A stretch of 63,352 nt of DNA, filler included, from Octopus bimaculoides (lineage: Eukaryota), in the NCBI RefSeq assembly GCF_001194135.2. It is 5 parts of 4 records of this genome, joined end to end, with 100 filler letters (N's around TTAATTAATTAA, not from the genome) between each part and the next. Parts side by side here need not be neighbours in the genome. Positions count along the whole stretch, not along the records: positions 12,123 to 19,845 come from NC_068984.1; positions 19,946 to 38,965 come from NC_068994.1; 3 more parts are not named here. One strand, given 5' to 3'. Below the pieces are notes generated by a model. The model saw nothing but the letters and a program-made list of their open reading frames with translations, was not told the DNA's origin and ran no database searches. Shown here piece after piece: positions 12,846-23,931 of this stretch. The position numbers were made by a program, and so were the translations under genes. The stretch's first letter is position 1, and the number at the start of each line of letters is the position of its first letter.

Positions 12846-14970
12846 TTCTTTTTTATCTTCTTTAAAAAGTCACTATTATATTTTTTTTATCTTTACTTAC
12901 TTCAATCGAATGTATACTGTATTAAATCCTCAAATGCCACCATGTTTCATCTTAGTGACATTCTTCACAATTTCGACACATTTTTAATATTTTATCATAT
13001 ACCGTAAGTGTTTCCTTTTCTGTACTCTTTCCTGTATTCCGTTATTAGTCTCCTCGGGTATCGGTATCTCTTTCTTCTGTTTCTTTCTCGCTCGATGTTG
13101 TTGGCATCTCCCTTCTTTTTTTCTTTCTTTTCTACACTTTCACTTTCTCCTCCGTGCTAGTTACTGGTAACGATATCTGTCTTCTCTCTGTTTCTTTCTC
13201 ACTTGATGTTGTTGGCATCTCCCTTCTTTTTTTCTTTCTTTTCTACACTTTCACTTTCTCCTCCANNNNNNNNNNNNNNNNNNNNNNNNNNNNNNNNNNN
13301 NNNNNNNNNNNNNNNNNNNNNNNNNNNNNNNNNNNNNNNNNNNNNNNNNNNNNNNNNNNNNNNNNNNNNNNNNNNNNNNNNNNNNNNNNNNNNNNNNNNN
13401 NNNNNNNNNNNNNNNNNNNNNNNNNNNNNNNNNNNNNNNNNNNNNNNNNNNNNNNNNNNNNNNNNNNNNNNNNNNNNTTCTGTTTCTTTCTCGCTCGATG
13501 TTGTTGGCATCTCCCTTCTTTTTTTCTTTCTTTTCTACACTTTCACTTTCTCCTCCGTGCTAGTTACTGGTAACGATATCTGTCTTCTCTCTGTTTCTTT
13601 CTCACTTGATGTTGTTGGCATCTCCCTTCTTTTTTTCTTTCTTTTCTACACTTTCACTTTCTCCTCCATGCTAGTTACTGGTAACGATATCTGTCTTCTC
13701 TCTGTATCTTTCTCACTTGATGTTGTTGGCATCTCCCTTTTTGCTTCCTTTCTTTTCTGCACGTTCGCATTTTCCTCCTCCTTTGGTATACCTGCTCTCA
13801 CACAATTAGACTCCTCTACGCTTCCCTTTCTCTTCTTCACCGTACTCTTAGGTGGTGAGTCCGCGTTTCCCCTCTCCCTTCTTTCTCTTCACCACTGTGT
13901 ACTTTCTTTCCACATTTTCTATATCCTTTTCGCCTACTGGCTTTGCGCCTCCATGCTTTGTACCTCTTCCTCTCCTCGCCGCTTCTGCTCCATCACCTCC
14001 ACATCGTGTTTCTGGGGACACTTAGCTTTCATGTGTACCCGTACTCCACACTGGTAACACATGGGAAGTCTTCCCTCCACTACCACTCTTAGTTTCGTCT
14101 CCTCGGGCAACACGACCGCCTCTGCAATTTTGTGTATGTCCAGTAAACTGATTTGGACCGTCAGCCCGAGGCCGTATCCCCACAAGTTTACCTCCGTTGT
14201 TCTTGTGATTTTCAGAATTCTCGTTTCTTCCTCCGTGTTGTAGTGGATGGCTGCCAGCCACCAGCCACGCTTCGTCAATCTCCGGGGACACTCTGCCAAT
14301 CCTAACTCTGGCCGCACATTTTTGAAACAGTAGGTTGGTAGTAGCACCCACTCTGACGATCTCAATGGCACAGTGGAGTGCTTTATCGCTTCTTGTTCGC
14401 TCGCGAAACGAACCTCCACTGTGCCATATTTCTTGCCTCTAGTATAGAATGTCGTGAGGCTTTTAATATCCTTTAGACATTCTTCTACTGCTTCCGCCGT
14501 AGCTATTTCGATCATTTTGGTTGCTGTGGACAGCGTTCTATAAATTACTGTCCTTTTAGTTGTATTTTCTGTCACTTCTTTCGGCGGGGTCAACATCAGG
14601 CTGTCACCTTTCTTTACTATACGTTCGTTAAACTTTTTCAATATCTTCTCGTCTAGTTTTACTTCTCTCACTTGTAAAATATTAGCAGTCAAACCTTTTC
14701 CAGTTACTGCAACATAGCTACCTGGTTGGCTCTCCATTATTTCGTTTGTAACAACTTCACCCATAAATGGGGAAGAAAACAATTAGGCAAAATAACAGGT
14801 AACAATTCGATAATTCAACAATTCAATATTAGGTACGGGAGACNNNNNNNNNNNNNNNNNNNNNNNNNNNNNNNNNNNNNNNNNNNNNNNNNNNNNNNNN
14901 NNNNNNNNNNNNNNNNNNNNNNNNNNNNNNNGTCAAAAACACGCCATACTCATTCGACGCCGCTTTATTT
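12846..14970 (-). mobile_element. ORF1-only Tx1-derived element, unit A (3'-truncated; internal 111-bp tandem amplification; two gaps)
   Basis: ORFs 13934-14782 and 14022-14351 match unit C; knuckle CYQCGVRVHMKAKCP. Confidence 0.75.
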
Positions 14971-16800
14971 CTTTATTTTGAACACACAGTCTCTTACAAA
15001 GAAGGGACAATATATGGACAGATAATACAACACAGTGGGGTATATAAAGCATAGCGAATGAAATAATGAATTATAAAAATGAAAATGAAATACTTACCTA
15101 TCCCCCCCCCCACTCGAGGCAGTGTCATTTAACTGTTTATGTATACAGTTAACACTCAGATCATTATTCTTTTTGTATCCTTTTTTAAAAAGTTACTATT
15201 TAAATTTTTTTCTTACTAAACAATATTTCATTTACAATATGTTAAATTCTATTAAATTCTCAAATGCCACCACAAGTGGCAACTCGTCAGATCGAACTTG
15301 TATCGGCGATATTTTTTTCTTCTCTCTTTTACTCTCTCTCTTTTACTTGTTTCAGTCATTTGACTGCGGCCATGCTGGAGCACCGCCTTTAGTCGAGCAA
15401 ATCGACCCCAGGACTTATTCTTTGGAAGCTTAGTACTTATTCTACAGATCTCTTTTGCAGAACCGCTAAGTTACTGGGACGTAAACACACCAGCATCGGT
15501 TGTCAAGTGATGTTGGGGGACAAACACAGACACACAAACATACACACACATACATATATATACATATATACGACGGGCTTCTTTCAGGTTCCGTCTACCA
15601 AATCCACTCACAAGGCTTTGGTCGGCCCGAGGCTATAGTAGAAGACACTTGCCCAAGGTGCCACGCAGTGGGACTGAACCCAGAACCATGTAGTTGGTAA
15701 GAAAGCTACTTACCACACAGCCACCAGACATTTCCTTCAATTTCTCTCCTCTCAATTTCTCAAGCAAAACTGCTCTGTGGCATTCGTTACGCTCATCTGC
15801 CAGTAATTTAACCCTAATTACCTGTTTCATCATAGTGATTTTTTTTTTCAATTTCTGCACTTTTTTTAATAATCTATCATTGTCCGTAAGTGTTTTACTT
15901 TCTGCACTTCTTCCTGTTTTCCATCATTAGTCTCTTCTGATGTTACTGGTATCTCATTCTCTTTCTTCTCTGCATCTCTCTCAATCAATGATGTTGGCAT
16001 CTCTGTGCTATCTTCCTTTTTTTTTTCTGCACCTTCACTGTCTCCTCCGTGCTAGTTACTGGTATCGGTGTCTCTTTTTCCTCTGTATCTTTCTCACTTG
16101 ATGTTGTTGGCATCTCCCTTTTTTTCTTCCTTTCTTTTCTGCACATTCACTTTCTCCTCCTTTGGTAGAGCTGATCTCACACCCTCAGTCTCCTCTACGT
16201 TTTCTTTTCTATTTTCCAGCGGACTCTTAGGTGGTGAGTTCGCGTTCCCCTCTCTTTTCTTCTTTCTCTTCCCTACCGTACACTCTGCCAATCCTAACTC
16301 TGGCCGCACGTTTTCCACAGTAGGTTGGCAGTAGCACCCACTTTGACGACCTCAACGGCACAGTGGAGTGCTTTATCGAAACGAACCTCCACTGTGCCAT
16401 ATTTCTTGCCACTAGTATAGAATGTCGTGAGGCTTTTAATATCCTTTAGACATTCTTCTACTGCTTCCGCCGTAGCTATTTCGATCTTTTTGGTTGCTGT
16501 GGATAGCATTCTAATTAATTACTGTCCTTTTAGTTGTATTTTCTGTCACTTCTTTCGGCGGGGTCAACGTCAGGCTGTCACCTTCCTTTACTATAAGTTC
16601 GTTAAACTTTTTCAATATCTTCTCGTCTAGTTTTACTTCTCTCACTTGTAATATATCAGCAGTCAAACGTTTCCCAGTCACTGCAGCATAGCTACCTGGT
16701 TGGCTCTCCATTATTTCGTTTGTAACAACTTCACCCATAAATGGGGAAGAAAACAATTAGGCAAAATAATAGGTGACGATTCGATAATTCAACAGTTCAA
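14971..16800 (-). mobile_element. ORF1-only Tx1-derived element, unit B (internal deletion removing the zinc knuckle; SINE inserted at 15328-15722)
   Basis: Same MFSSPFMGEVVTNEIMESQPG N-terminus and the same 3' UTR as unit C. Confidence 0.75.
15328..15722 (-). mobile_element. SINE family A, full length, inserted in ORF1-only unit B
   Basis: Flanks rejoin to the uninterrupted ttttctcc/agacatttcc sequence of unit C. Confidence 0.9.
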
Positions 16801-16804
16801 TAAT

Positions 16805-17054
16805 TAATGTTGTTGGCAACTCCCTTTTTTCTTCCTTTCTTTTCTGCATATTCACTTTCTCTTCCTTTGGTATAGCTAATCTCACACCCTGAGTCTCCTC
16901 TACGTTTTCTTTTCTCTTTTCCAGCGGACTCTTAGGTGGTTAGTCCGCGTTTCCCTCTCTTTTCTACTTTCTCTCCCCTACCGTACACTCTGCTAATCCT
17001 AACTCTGGACGCCAAAAACACGTCAAAAACATGTCATACTTATTCAACGCCGCA
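16805..17054 (-). mobile_element. Short internally deleted copy (unit D) of the same ORF1-only element
   Basis: The 5' end motif (caaaaacacgtc on +) is joined to the cctaccgtacactctgc deletion junction also seen in unit B. Confidence 0.6.
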
Positions 17055-18790
17055 TTATTTCTTTATTTTGGGCACACAGGCTCTTACAAAGAAGGAACAA
17101 TACATGGACAGATAATACAACACTGTGGGGTACATAAAACATATAGCGAATGAAATTATGAATTATAATGATTAAATGACTTACCTTCCCCCGCCCACTC
17201 GCAGGCAGTATCATTTAACTGTTTATGTATACATTTAATACTCAGTTCATTGTTCTTTTTGTAAGTTGTTTTTAACAAATTACTATTTAAAATATGTACT
17301 CTCTTTTTTACACTACATACTGTATTAAATCCTCAAATGCCACCACAGGTGGCAATTCGTTAAACCGAACGTATATCGGCATTATTTCTATCTTTTCTCC
17401 AGACATTTCCTTCAATTTCTCTCTTCTCTCTTTCTCAAGCAAAACTGCTCTCCAGCCTTCTTTGCGCTCATTCGGCTCTGATTTAACCCTAATTACATTT
17501 TTCAATTTTGTGATATTTTTTTTCAATTTCTACACTTAGTCTGTCATAGTCCGTAAATGTTTTCCTTCCTACACTTCTTTCTGTTTCCCATCATTAGTCT
17601 CTTCTGATGTTGCTGGTATGTCCATCTCTTCCTTCTCTGCATCTGTCTCATTCAATGTTGTTGGCATCTCTCTGCTATCTTCCTTTCTTTTCTGCACCCG
17701 ATCTGACATCCCTAGTCTCCTCTACGTTTTCCTTTCTCTTTCTCAGCGGACTCTGAGGTGGTGAGTCCGCGTTTCCTTTCTTCTCTTCTTTCTCTTCTCT
17801 ACCATGCACATTTCTTCCACATTTTCTATATCCTTTTCGCCTACTGGCCTCTGCTTCCCCACGCTTTGCACCTCTTCTTCTCCTTGCTGCTCCTGCTCCA
17901 TTACCTCCTCATCGTGTTTCTGGGGACACCTTGCCTTCATGTGTCCCTGTACTCCACACTGGTAGCAGATGGGAAGTCTTCCCTCCACTACCACTCTTAG
18001 TTTCGTCTCCTCGGGCAACACGACCGCCTCTGCAATTTTATGTAGATCTGGTAGACTGATTTGAACCGTCAGCTCGAGGCCGTATCCCCACAAGTTTACC
18101 TCCGTTGTTCTTGTGACTCTCAGAATCCTCGTTTCTTCCTCCGTGTTGTAGAGGATGGCTGCCACCAGCCACGCCTCATCAATCTCCGGGGACACTCTGC
18201 CAATCCTAATTCTGGCCGCACATTTTTGAAGCAGTAGATTGGCAGTAGCACCCACTCTGACGACCTCAACGGCACAGTGGAGTGCTTTATCGCTTCTTGT
18301 TCGCTCGCAAAACGAACCTCCACTGTGCCATATTTCTTGCCTCTAGTATAGAATGTCGTGAAGCTTTTAATATCCTTTAGACATTCTTCTACTGCTTCTG
18401 CCGTAATTATTTCGATCATTTTGGTTGCTGTGGACAGCGTTCTATAAATTACTGTCCTTTTAGTTGTATTTTCTGTCACTTCTTTCGGCGGGGTCAACGT
18501 CAGGCTGTCACCTTCCTTTACTATAAGTTCGTTAAACTTTTTCAATATCTTCTCGTCTAGTTTCACCTCTCTCACTTGTAAAATATTAGCAGTCAAACCT
18601 TTTCCAGTTACTGCAGCATAGTTACCTGGTTGGCTCTCCATTATTTCATTTGTTACAACTTCACCCATAAAGGGGGAAGAAAACAATTAGGCAAAATAAT
18701 AGGTAACAATTCGATAATACAAGAATTCAACAATTACCATTAGGTTCGGTAAACCTTCAAAAACACGTCAAACTCATTCAAAGCCGCATG
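17055..18790 (-). mobile_element. ORF1-only Tx1-derived non-LTR element, unit C (most complete copy; frameshifted)
   Basis: Gag-like ORF1 with an RRM-like KKYGTVEVRF region and CCHC knuckle CYQCGVQGHMKARCP, then a K/E-rich tail, about 240 bp of 3' UTR and an AATAAA/A-rich end at 17062-17067. No endonuclease or RT between ORF1 and the 3' end. Confidence 0.75.
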
Positions 18791-18899
18791 GCTAATTTAA
18801 AGGTAATAGCCCATCACAGGACCAGTCCAAATTTTCTAACACTCTCAAAAAAAAAAAAAAAAAAAAAACAATTATGTTATTGCTATACATGCAGGTGGC

Positions 18900-19740
18900 T
18901 GTTGTTAATAGAAATTTTAACTCTCTGGTTTCAAAACTCCGTAAAACTAAATATTATTTACCACATACACTTTCAGAAAAGTAGAAGAAAACTTATGGTT
19001 TCAAAAAAGGATCACCTCAGTAAATTTATTTAAAGTTTTAGGCCCAAAAGACTTCAGGATGGCAAGGGATTCTCTTACACGTAACTTACACTTATTAATA
19101 TTAACTCTGAAATAAGGGGCTCACGATATAACAGATCATTCAAGAGAATAACTTTTATTATTCCTGTTTAAACCATGTATATAAGAGGTAAATGTAGTAG
19201 AGTTACAATATTTTTCGTTCGAAGACGTATTCATGTGGGTCCTATACCTAGCCTTAGAATTTATAGTACTGCCTATAGAAAACCTATCCAAATTACCCTC
19301 CTCTTTAACAATGCATTTATATATAGCATTAGTAGTGAGAGAAAACCCATCAAGGGGACATAATCCAGGATTTCTACAATTACAGGATTTACTAGAGCAA
19401 TCTCTAACCTTATTACTAATACTAACATTACTTATCTGGGTTCCCGCATTCTTTCCTTCACAAATCTCATTACCGGGGGTCGATAAGACTGATGGGAGCA
19501 ATAGGTTTGTAGCACTAACCTTAGGTGTATTAGAGCTTACCTGCCCAATACCAGGGTTTCCAGCAGAAGAATACTACCGGTGCAATTTTAGATTTTTAGA
19601 AGCATCACACGCTTCAGAATTTTTAATCGATTGTATTTACCTTTTTGATAGAACGTTCTATATATTTGTATTTATATTCGCATATATATTTTTTACCTTC
19701 TGTTTTTTGTATATGTATATTTTATATGTTCAAGAACCAT
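18900..19740 (-). mobile_element. Penelope-like element remnant with GIY-YIG endonuclease
   Basis: CNCRNPGLCPLDG...AIYKCIV...SIGST...KARYRTH...KYCNSTTF is the Cys linker plus a degenerate GIY-YIG domain. Confidence 0.85.
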
Positions 19741-19945
19741 GGTAATATTTATATATGATCAAATATTTGGAGGTATGGTGTTATATATAAAGTCGCTGAC
19801 AAGAATTTGATGTTTGTTCTATGATCAATGTTTCTTTATATATATNNNNNNNNNNNNNNNNNNNNNNNNNNNNNNNNNNNNNNNNNNNNTTAATTAATTA
19901 ANNNNNNNNNNNNNNNNNNNNNNNNNNNNNNNNNNNNNNNNNNNN

Positions 19946-19990
<45 letters not shown>

Positions 19991-19991
<1 letters not shown>

Positions 19992-20300
19992 CAAAATACA
20001 AAGACCTGGAAATAGAGATAACTCGAATGTGGAATCTAAAAACAGAAACAATTCCTATCATAGTAGGTGCCTTAGGTATAATAAAAAAATATTCAGACAA
20101 ATACATAACAAAAATAGCAGGACTTACAAATATATATAACATACAGAAAATTGCACTACTGGGTACTGCACACATTCTACGCAAAACACTTTCAATACAG
20201 TAAACATAAGAGCACCACAGCAAACCACAGCACATACCCAAGGCGCACAGAGCTGCGCTCGGTAGTGAAGTGAAAGCACGTTATAAAAATAAAACTACTG
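19991..20300 (+). mobile_element. 3' end of a restriction-like-endonuclease non-LTR retrotransposon (Dong/R4-like)
   Basis: Open frame 19991-20203 SKYKDLEIEITRMWNLKTETIPIIVGALGII...IQKIALLGTAHILRKTL*, then a short 3' UTR. (TAA)n on both sides. Confidence 0.85.
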
Positions 20301-20309
20301 AATAATAAT

Positions 20310-20515
20310 ATTAATAAAATGGTTTCAAATTTCGTTGAGTGGGGTAAGTCGATGAAATCGACTCTAGTGCTCAACTGATACTTATTTAATGGAATCCAAG
20401 AAAAGATGAAAGGCAAAGTCGACCCTGGTGGAACTTGAATTCAGAACGTAAAGACGGACGAAATTATGCTAAGCACTTTGCCTAGCGTGCTAACGATCCT
20501 GTCAGCTCTCCGACC
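20310..20515 (-). mobile_element. SINE family B
   Basis: gatgaaaggcaaagtcgacc...gaattcagaacgtaaagacggacg. Confidence 0.8.
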
Positions 20516-20564
20516 TAATAATAATAATAATAACGACAAAACCAACAACAACAATAATAATAAT

Positions 20565-20985
20565 AGAGTCAAAATTAAAAATGTTAGTGCTATTGTTATC
20601 TAGTGAACGATATTTCGACATCTTGTGTATCTTCAACTCGTTCTAAAAATAGATTTGTCAATCTACTTCATTTTGATTAATATATAAAGGATTGAGGTAA
20701 CTCCTCCAGAAGACATAGAGTCAAAATTGAAGACACACAAGATGTCGAGATATCGTTCACTAGGTAACAATGGCATTCTTCTTTTAATTTTGACTCTATG
20801 TCTTCTGGAGGAGTTACCTCAATCCTTTATATATTAATCAAAATGAAGTAGATTGACAAATTTATTTTTTGAACCCGTTGAAGACACACAAGATGTCGAA
20901 ATATCGTTCGCTAGATAACAATGACACTCTTCTTTTAATTTTGACTCTATATCTTCTGGAGGAGTTACCTCAATCCTTTATATAT
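20565..20985. repeat. ~151-bp monomer repeat that switches orientation, giving ~164-bp inverted arms
   Basis: agagtcaaaatt at 20565 and 20717; its reverse complement at 20786 and 20937. Confidence 0.9.
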
Positions 20986-20990
20986 TATTA

Positions 20991-21027
<37 letters not shown>

Positions 21028-21028
21028 A

Positions 21029-21109
<81 letters not shown>

Positions 21110-21177
21110 TCAGTTCAGACAAACTGGCACTGAAAGTCGTTGAATATTTCTGTCTGTCTCTGTCTGTCTGTCTGTCT

Positions 21178-21227
<50 letters not shown>

Positions 21228-21947
21228 TCACACACACACACACACACACAAACACACACGCACATATGTGTACACTTATATATACATGTGTCTGTGTGTG
21301 TGTATGTATGTATGTATTTATGTATGTATGTATATATGTGTGTATGTATTTGTCCATCCACCCACCCATCCATCCATCCATCCATCCATCCATCCATCCA
21401 TCCATCCATTCATCCATCCATCCATCCCGTTTTCCATGACGCATAAGTGATCGAGATCGCAATATCTCATTCTGAACGGATGCCGATTACTTGCAGGTTT
21501 CAAGGCCAGCAGTTTTAATGGGAGGGGACAAATCGACCTCGAAGAATGAAAGGCAATGTCGACAAATGGAATTTAAAGACCCGGGGAAAACATACAGCAA
21601 AGCATTTTGTCCAACGTGCTAAAAATTCTACCAGATCCCTACCTTATATTGCATATATACGTCTATGTTTATAAGTATGTATATATGTGTGTGTGTGTGT
21701 GTGTGCTTATGTCGTCTGAGTATGTGGCTGGCTGTGTGCGCGCGCCAATGACAAGGCCCAATGTTCTCGCTAGCCGTTGCTTGGTCGAATTTCGTCAATT
21801 TTCGATATATATATATTGTGTTTATAAACACAGCACGCCCATAAAAGATATAGACAAATTCCCTTGTAAATTTGTCTATTTATGCTTATGTTATTGGATA
21901 TGTGTGTGTAAGTGTGTGTGTGTGTATACTTGTATATACGACGGACT

Positions 21948-21983
<36 letters not shown>

Positions 21984-22639
21984 CGTGCGTGCGTTTATCT
22001 CGTCCAAGTATGTGGCTGGTACTGAGTACGCACCAATGAAAAAAGTCCAACGTAGTCACTAGCTGTCGTTTGGTCAATTTTCTTTCCCCTCCGATTTATA
22101 TATTGTGTTTTTAAACACATCACGTCCATATAGGATATTATCCCTAGACGAATATTTTGCCTACAATATATACTACTTACATAGCTATTTATGCTTATGT
22201 TTATAGATATGTATGTGTATGCCTGTATATGCGACGGGCTTCTACCGGATTTCCGTCTACTGAATTTTATCCAAAATTTATTGTATAAGCAGAAGTTATT
22301 GTTGACGCTACTTACAACGGGACCGAACCAGAAAACAGGTGGTTGCGAAGTGCACTTCTTAAATACAGTCATGTCTGCCCCTTTTTTCCTTCTTTGCTTG
22401 TATTTATGCATGTGTTCATATGTGTGTGTATGTATGTAGGTACGTATGTATATATGCATCTATCTTTGTATGTGTGTATGTATATGTATACGTATGTATA
22501 TATGTGTGCATGTGTATATGTGCGTGTGTATATATATATATATATGAATGTATACATGTATGTATAAATACATAGATACATGCATATGCACACATAGACA
22601 CACACACTCACATACACAAACGCACACACATACACCCCC

Positions 22640-22674
<35 letters not shown>

Positions 22675-23890
22675 TGCTTGCACTTACATATAACATACAC
22701 ATGGTCAAAAACATATACGTGTGTATATATACACAAACACGCTAACAATTTGTATGTGTATGTATACGTATGCGCATGTATGTGCGTTGTGCGTGTGTGG
22801 GAATGTATGCGTTTTAGAAAACATTCCAAACAAAACAAAAACAGAAACGAAAAGGAAAAAAGAGAGAAAGAAAGAAGGAAGGAAAGAAAGAAGGGAAAAC
22901 AGAAAGACAGAATTGCAAAGAAAAAAAAAACTTCTTTGGCCTTTCTTTTCGACGTGAAGCCAGTNNNNNNNNNNNNNNNNNNNNNNNNNNNNNNNNNNNN
23001 NNNNNNNNNNNNNNNNNNNNNNNNNNNNNNNNNNNNNNNNNNNNNNNNNNNNNNNNNNNNNNNNNNNNNNNNNNNNNNNNNNNNNNNNNNNNNNNNNNNN
23101 NNNNNNNNNNNNNNNNNNNNNNNNNNNNNNNNNNNNNNNNNNNNNNNNNNNNNNNNNNNNNNNNNNNNNNNNNNNNNNNNNNNNNNNNNNNNNNNNNNNN
23201 NNNNNNNNNNNNNNNNNNNNNNNNNNNNNNNNNNNNNNNNNNNNNNNNNNNNNNNNNNNNNNNNNNNNNNNNNNNNNNNNNNNNNNNNNNNNNNNNNNNN
23301 NNNNNNNNNNNNNNNNNNNNNNNNNNNNNNNNNNNNNNNNNNNNNNNNNNNNNNNNNNNNNNNNNNNNNNNNNNNNNNNNNNNNNNNNNNNNNNNNNNNN
23401 NNNNNNNNNNNNNNNNNNNNNNNNNNNNNNNNNNNNNNNNNNNNNNNNNNNNNNNNNNNNNNNNNNNNNNNNNNNNNNNNNNNNNNNNNNNNNNNNNNNN
23501 NNNNNNNNNNNNNNNNNNNNNNNNNNNNNNNNNNNNNNNNNNNNNNNNNNNNNNNNNNNNNNNNNNNNNNNNNNNNNNNNNNNNNNNNNNNNNNNNNNNN
23601 NNNNNNNNNNNNNNNNNNNNNNNNNNNNNNNNNNNNNNNNNNNNNNNNNNTAATGCGAGCATTACATTAAATGCAATATGTAGAGCAATCTTCAGCTGCA
23701 CAGAAACGTAGAAAATTACAGTAGAATAGACATATTATAATTGTGGCAACATTTAAAATCCAAGTGGGAAGAAGAATACATAAAAATCCATCTTGACATA
23801 GCGAAGGCTAGCAGGCTAGTCCCCCCCAAAAAAATATATATATGTATGTATATATATATGTATATATATATGTATATATATATGTATATA

Positions 23891-23931
<41 letters not shown>

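Noticed and set aside
15090-15100. ATACTTACCT matching the U1 snRNA 5' end
   Set aside because: No U1 sequence follows. It is the reverse complement of a splice-donor consensus within a repeat.
18225-18245. Shared frameshift in units A and C as programmed -1 frameshifting
   Set aside because: No X-XXY-YYZ slippery heptamer, and unit B is in frame at this site, so it is an inherited mutation.
20870-20925. TTGAAGA...GAAA-TATC...GATA-AC as an active hammerhead
   Set aside because: All three copies lack C3 and U16.1, and helix II does not close properly after the core.
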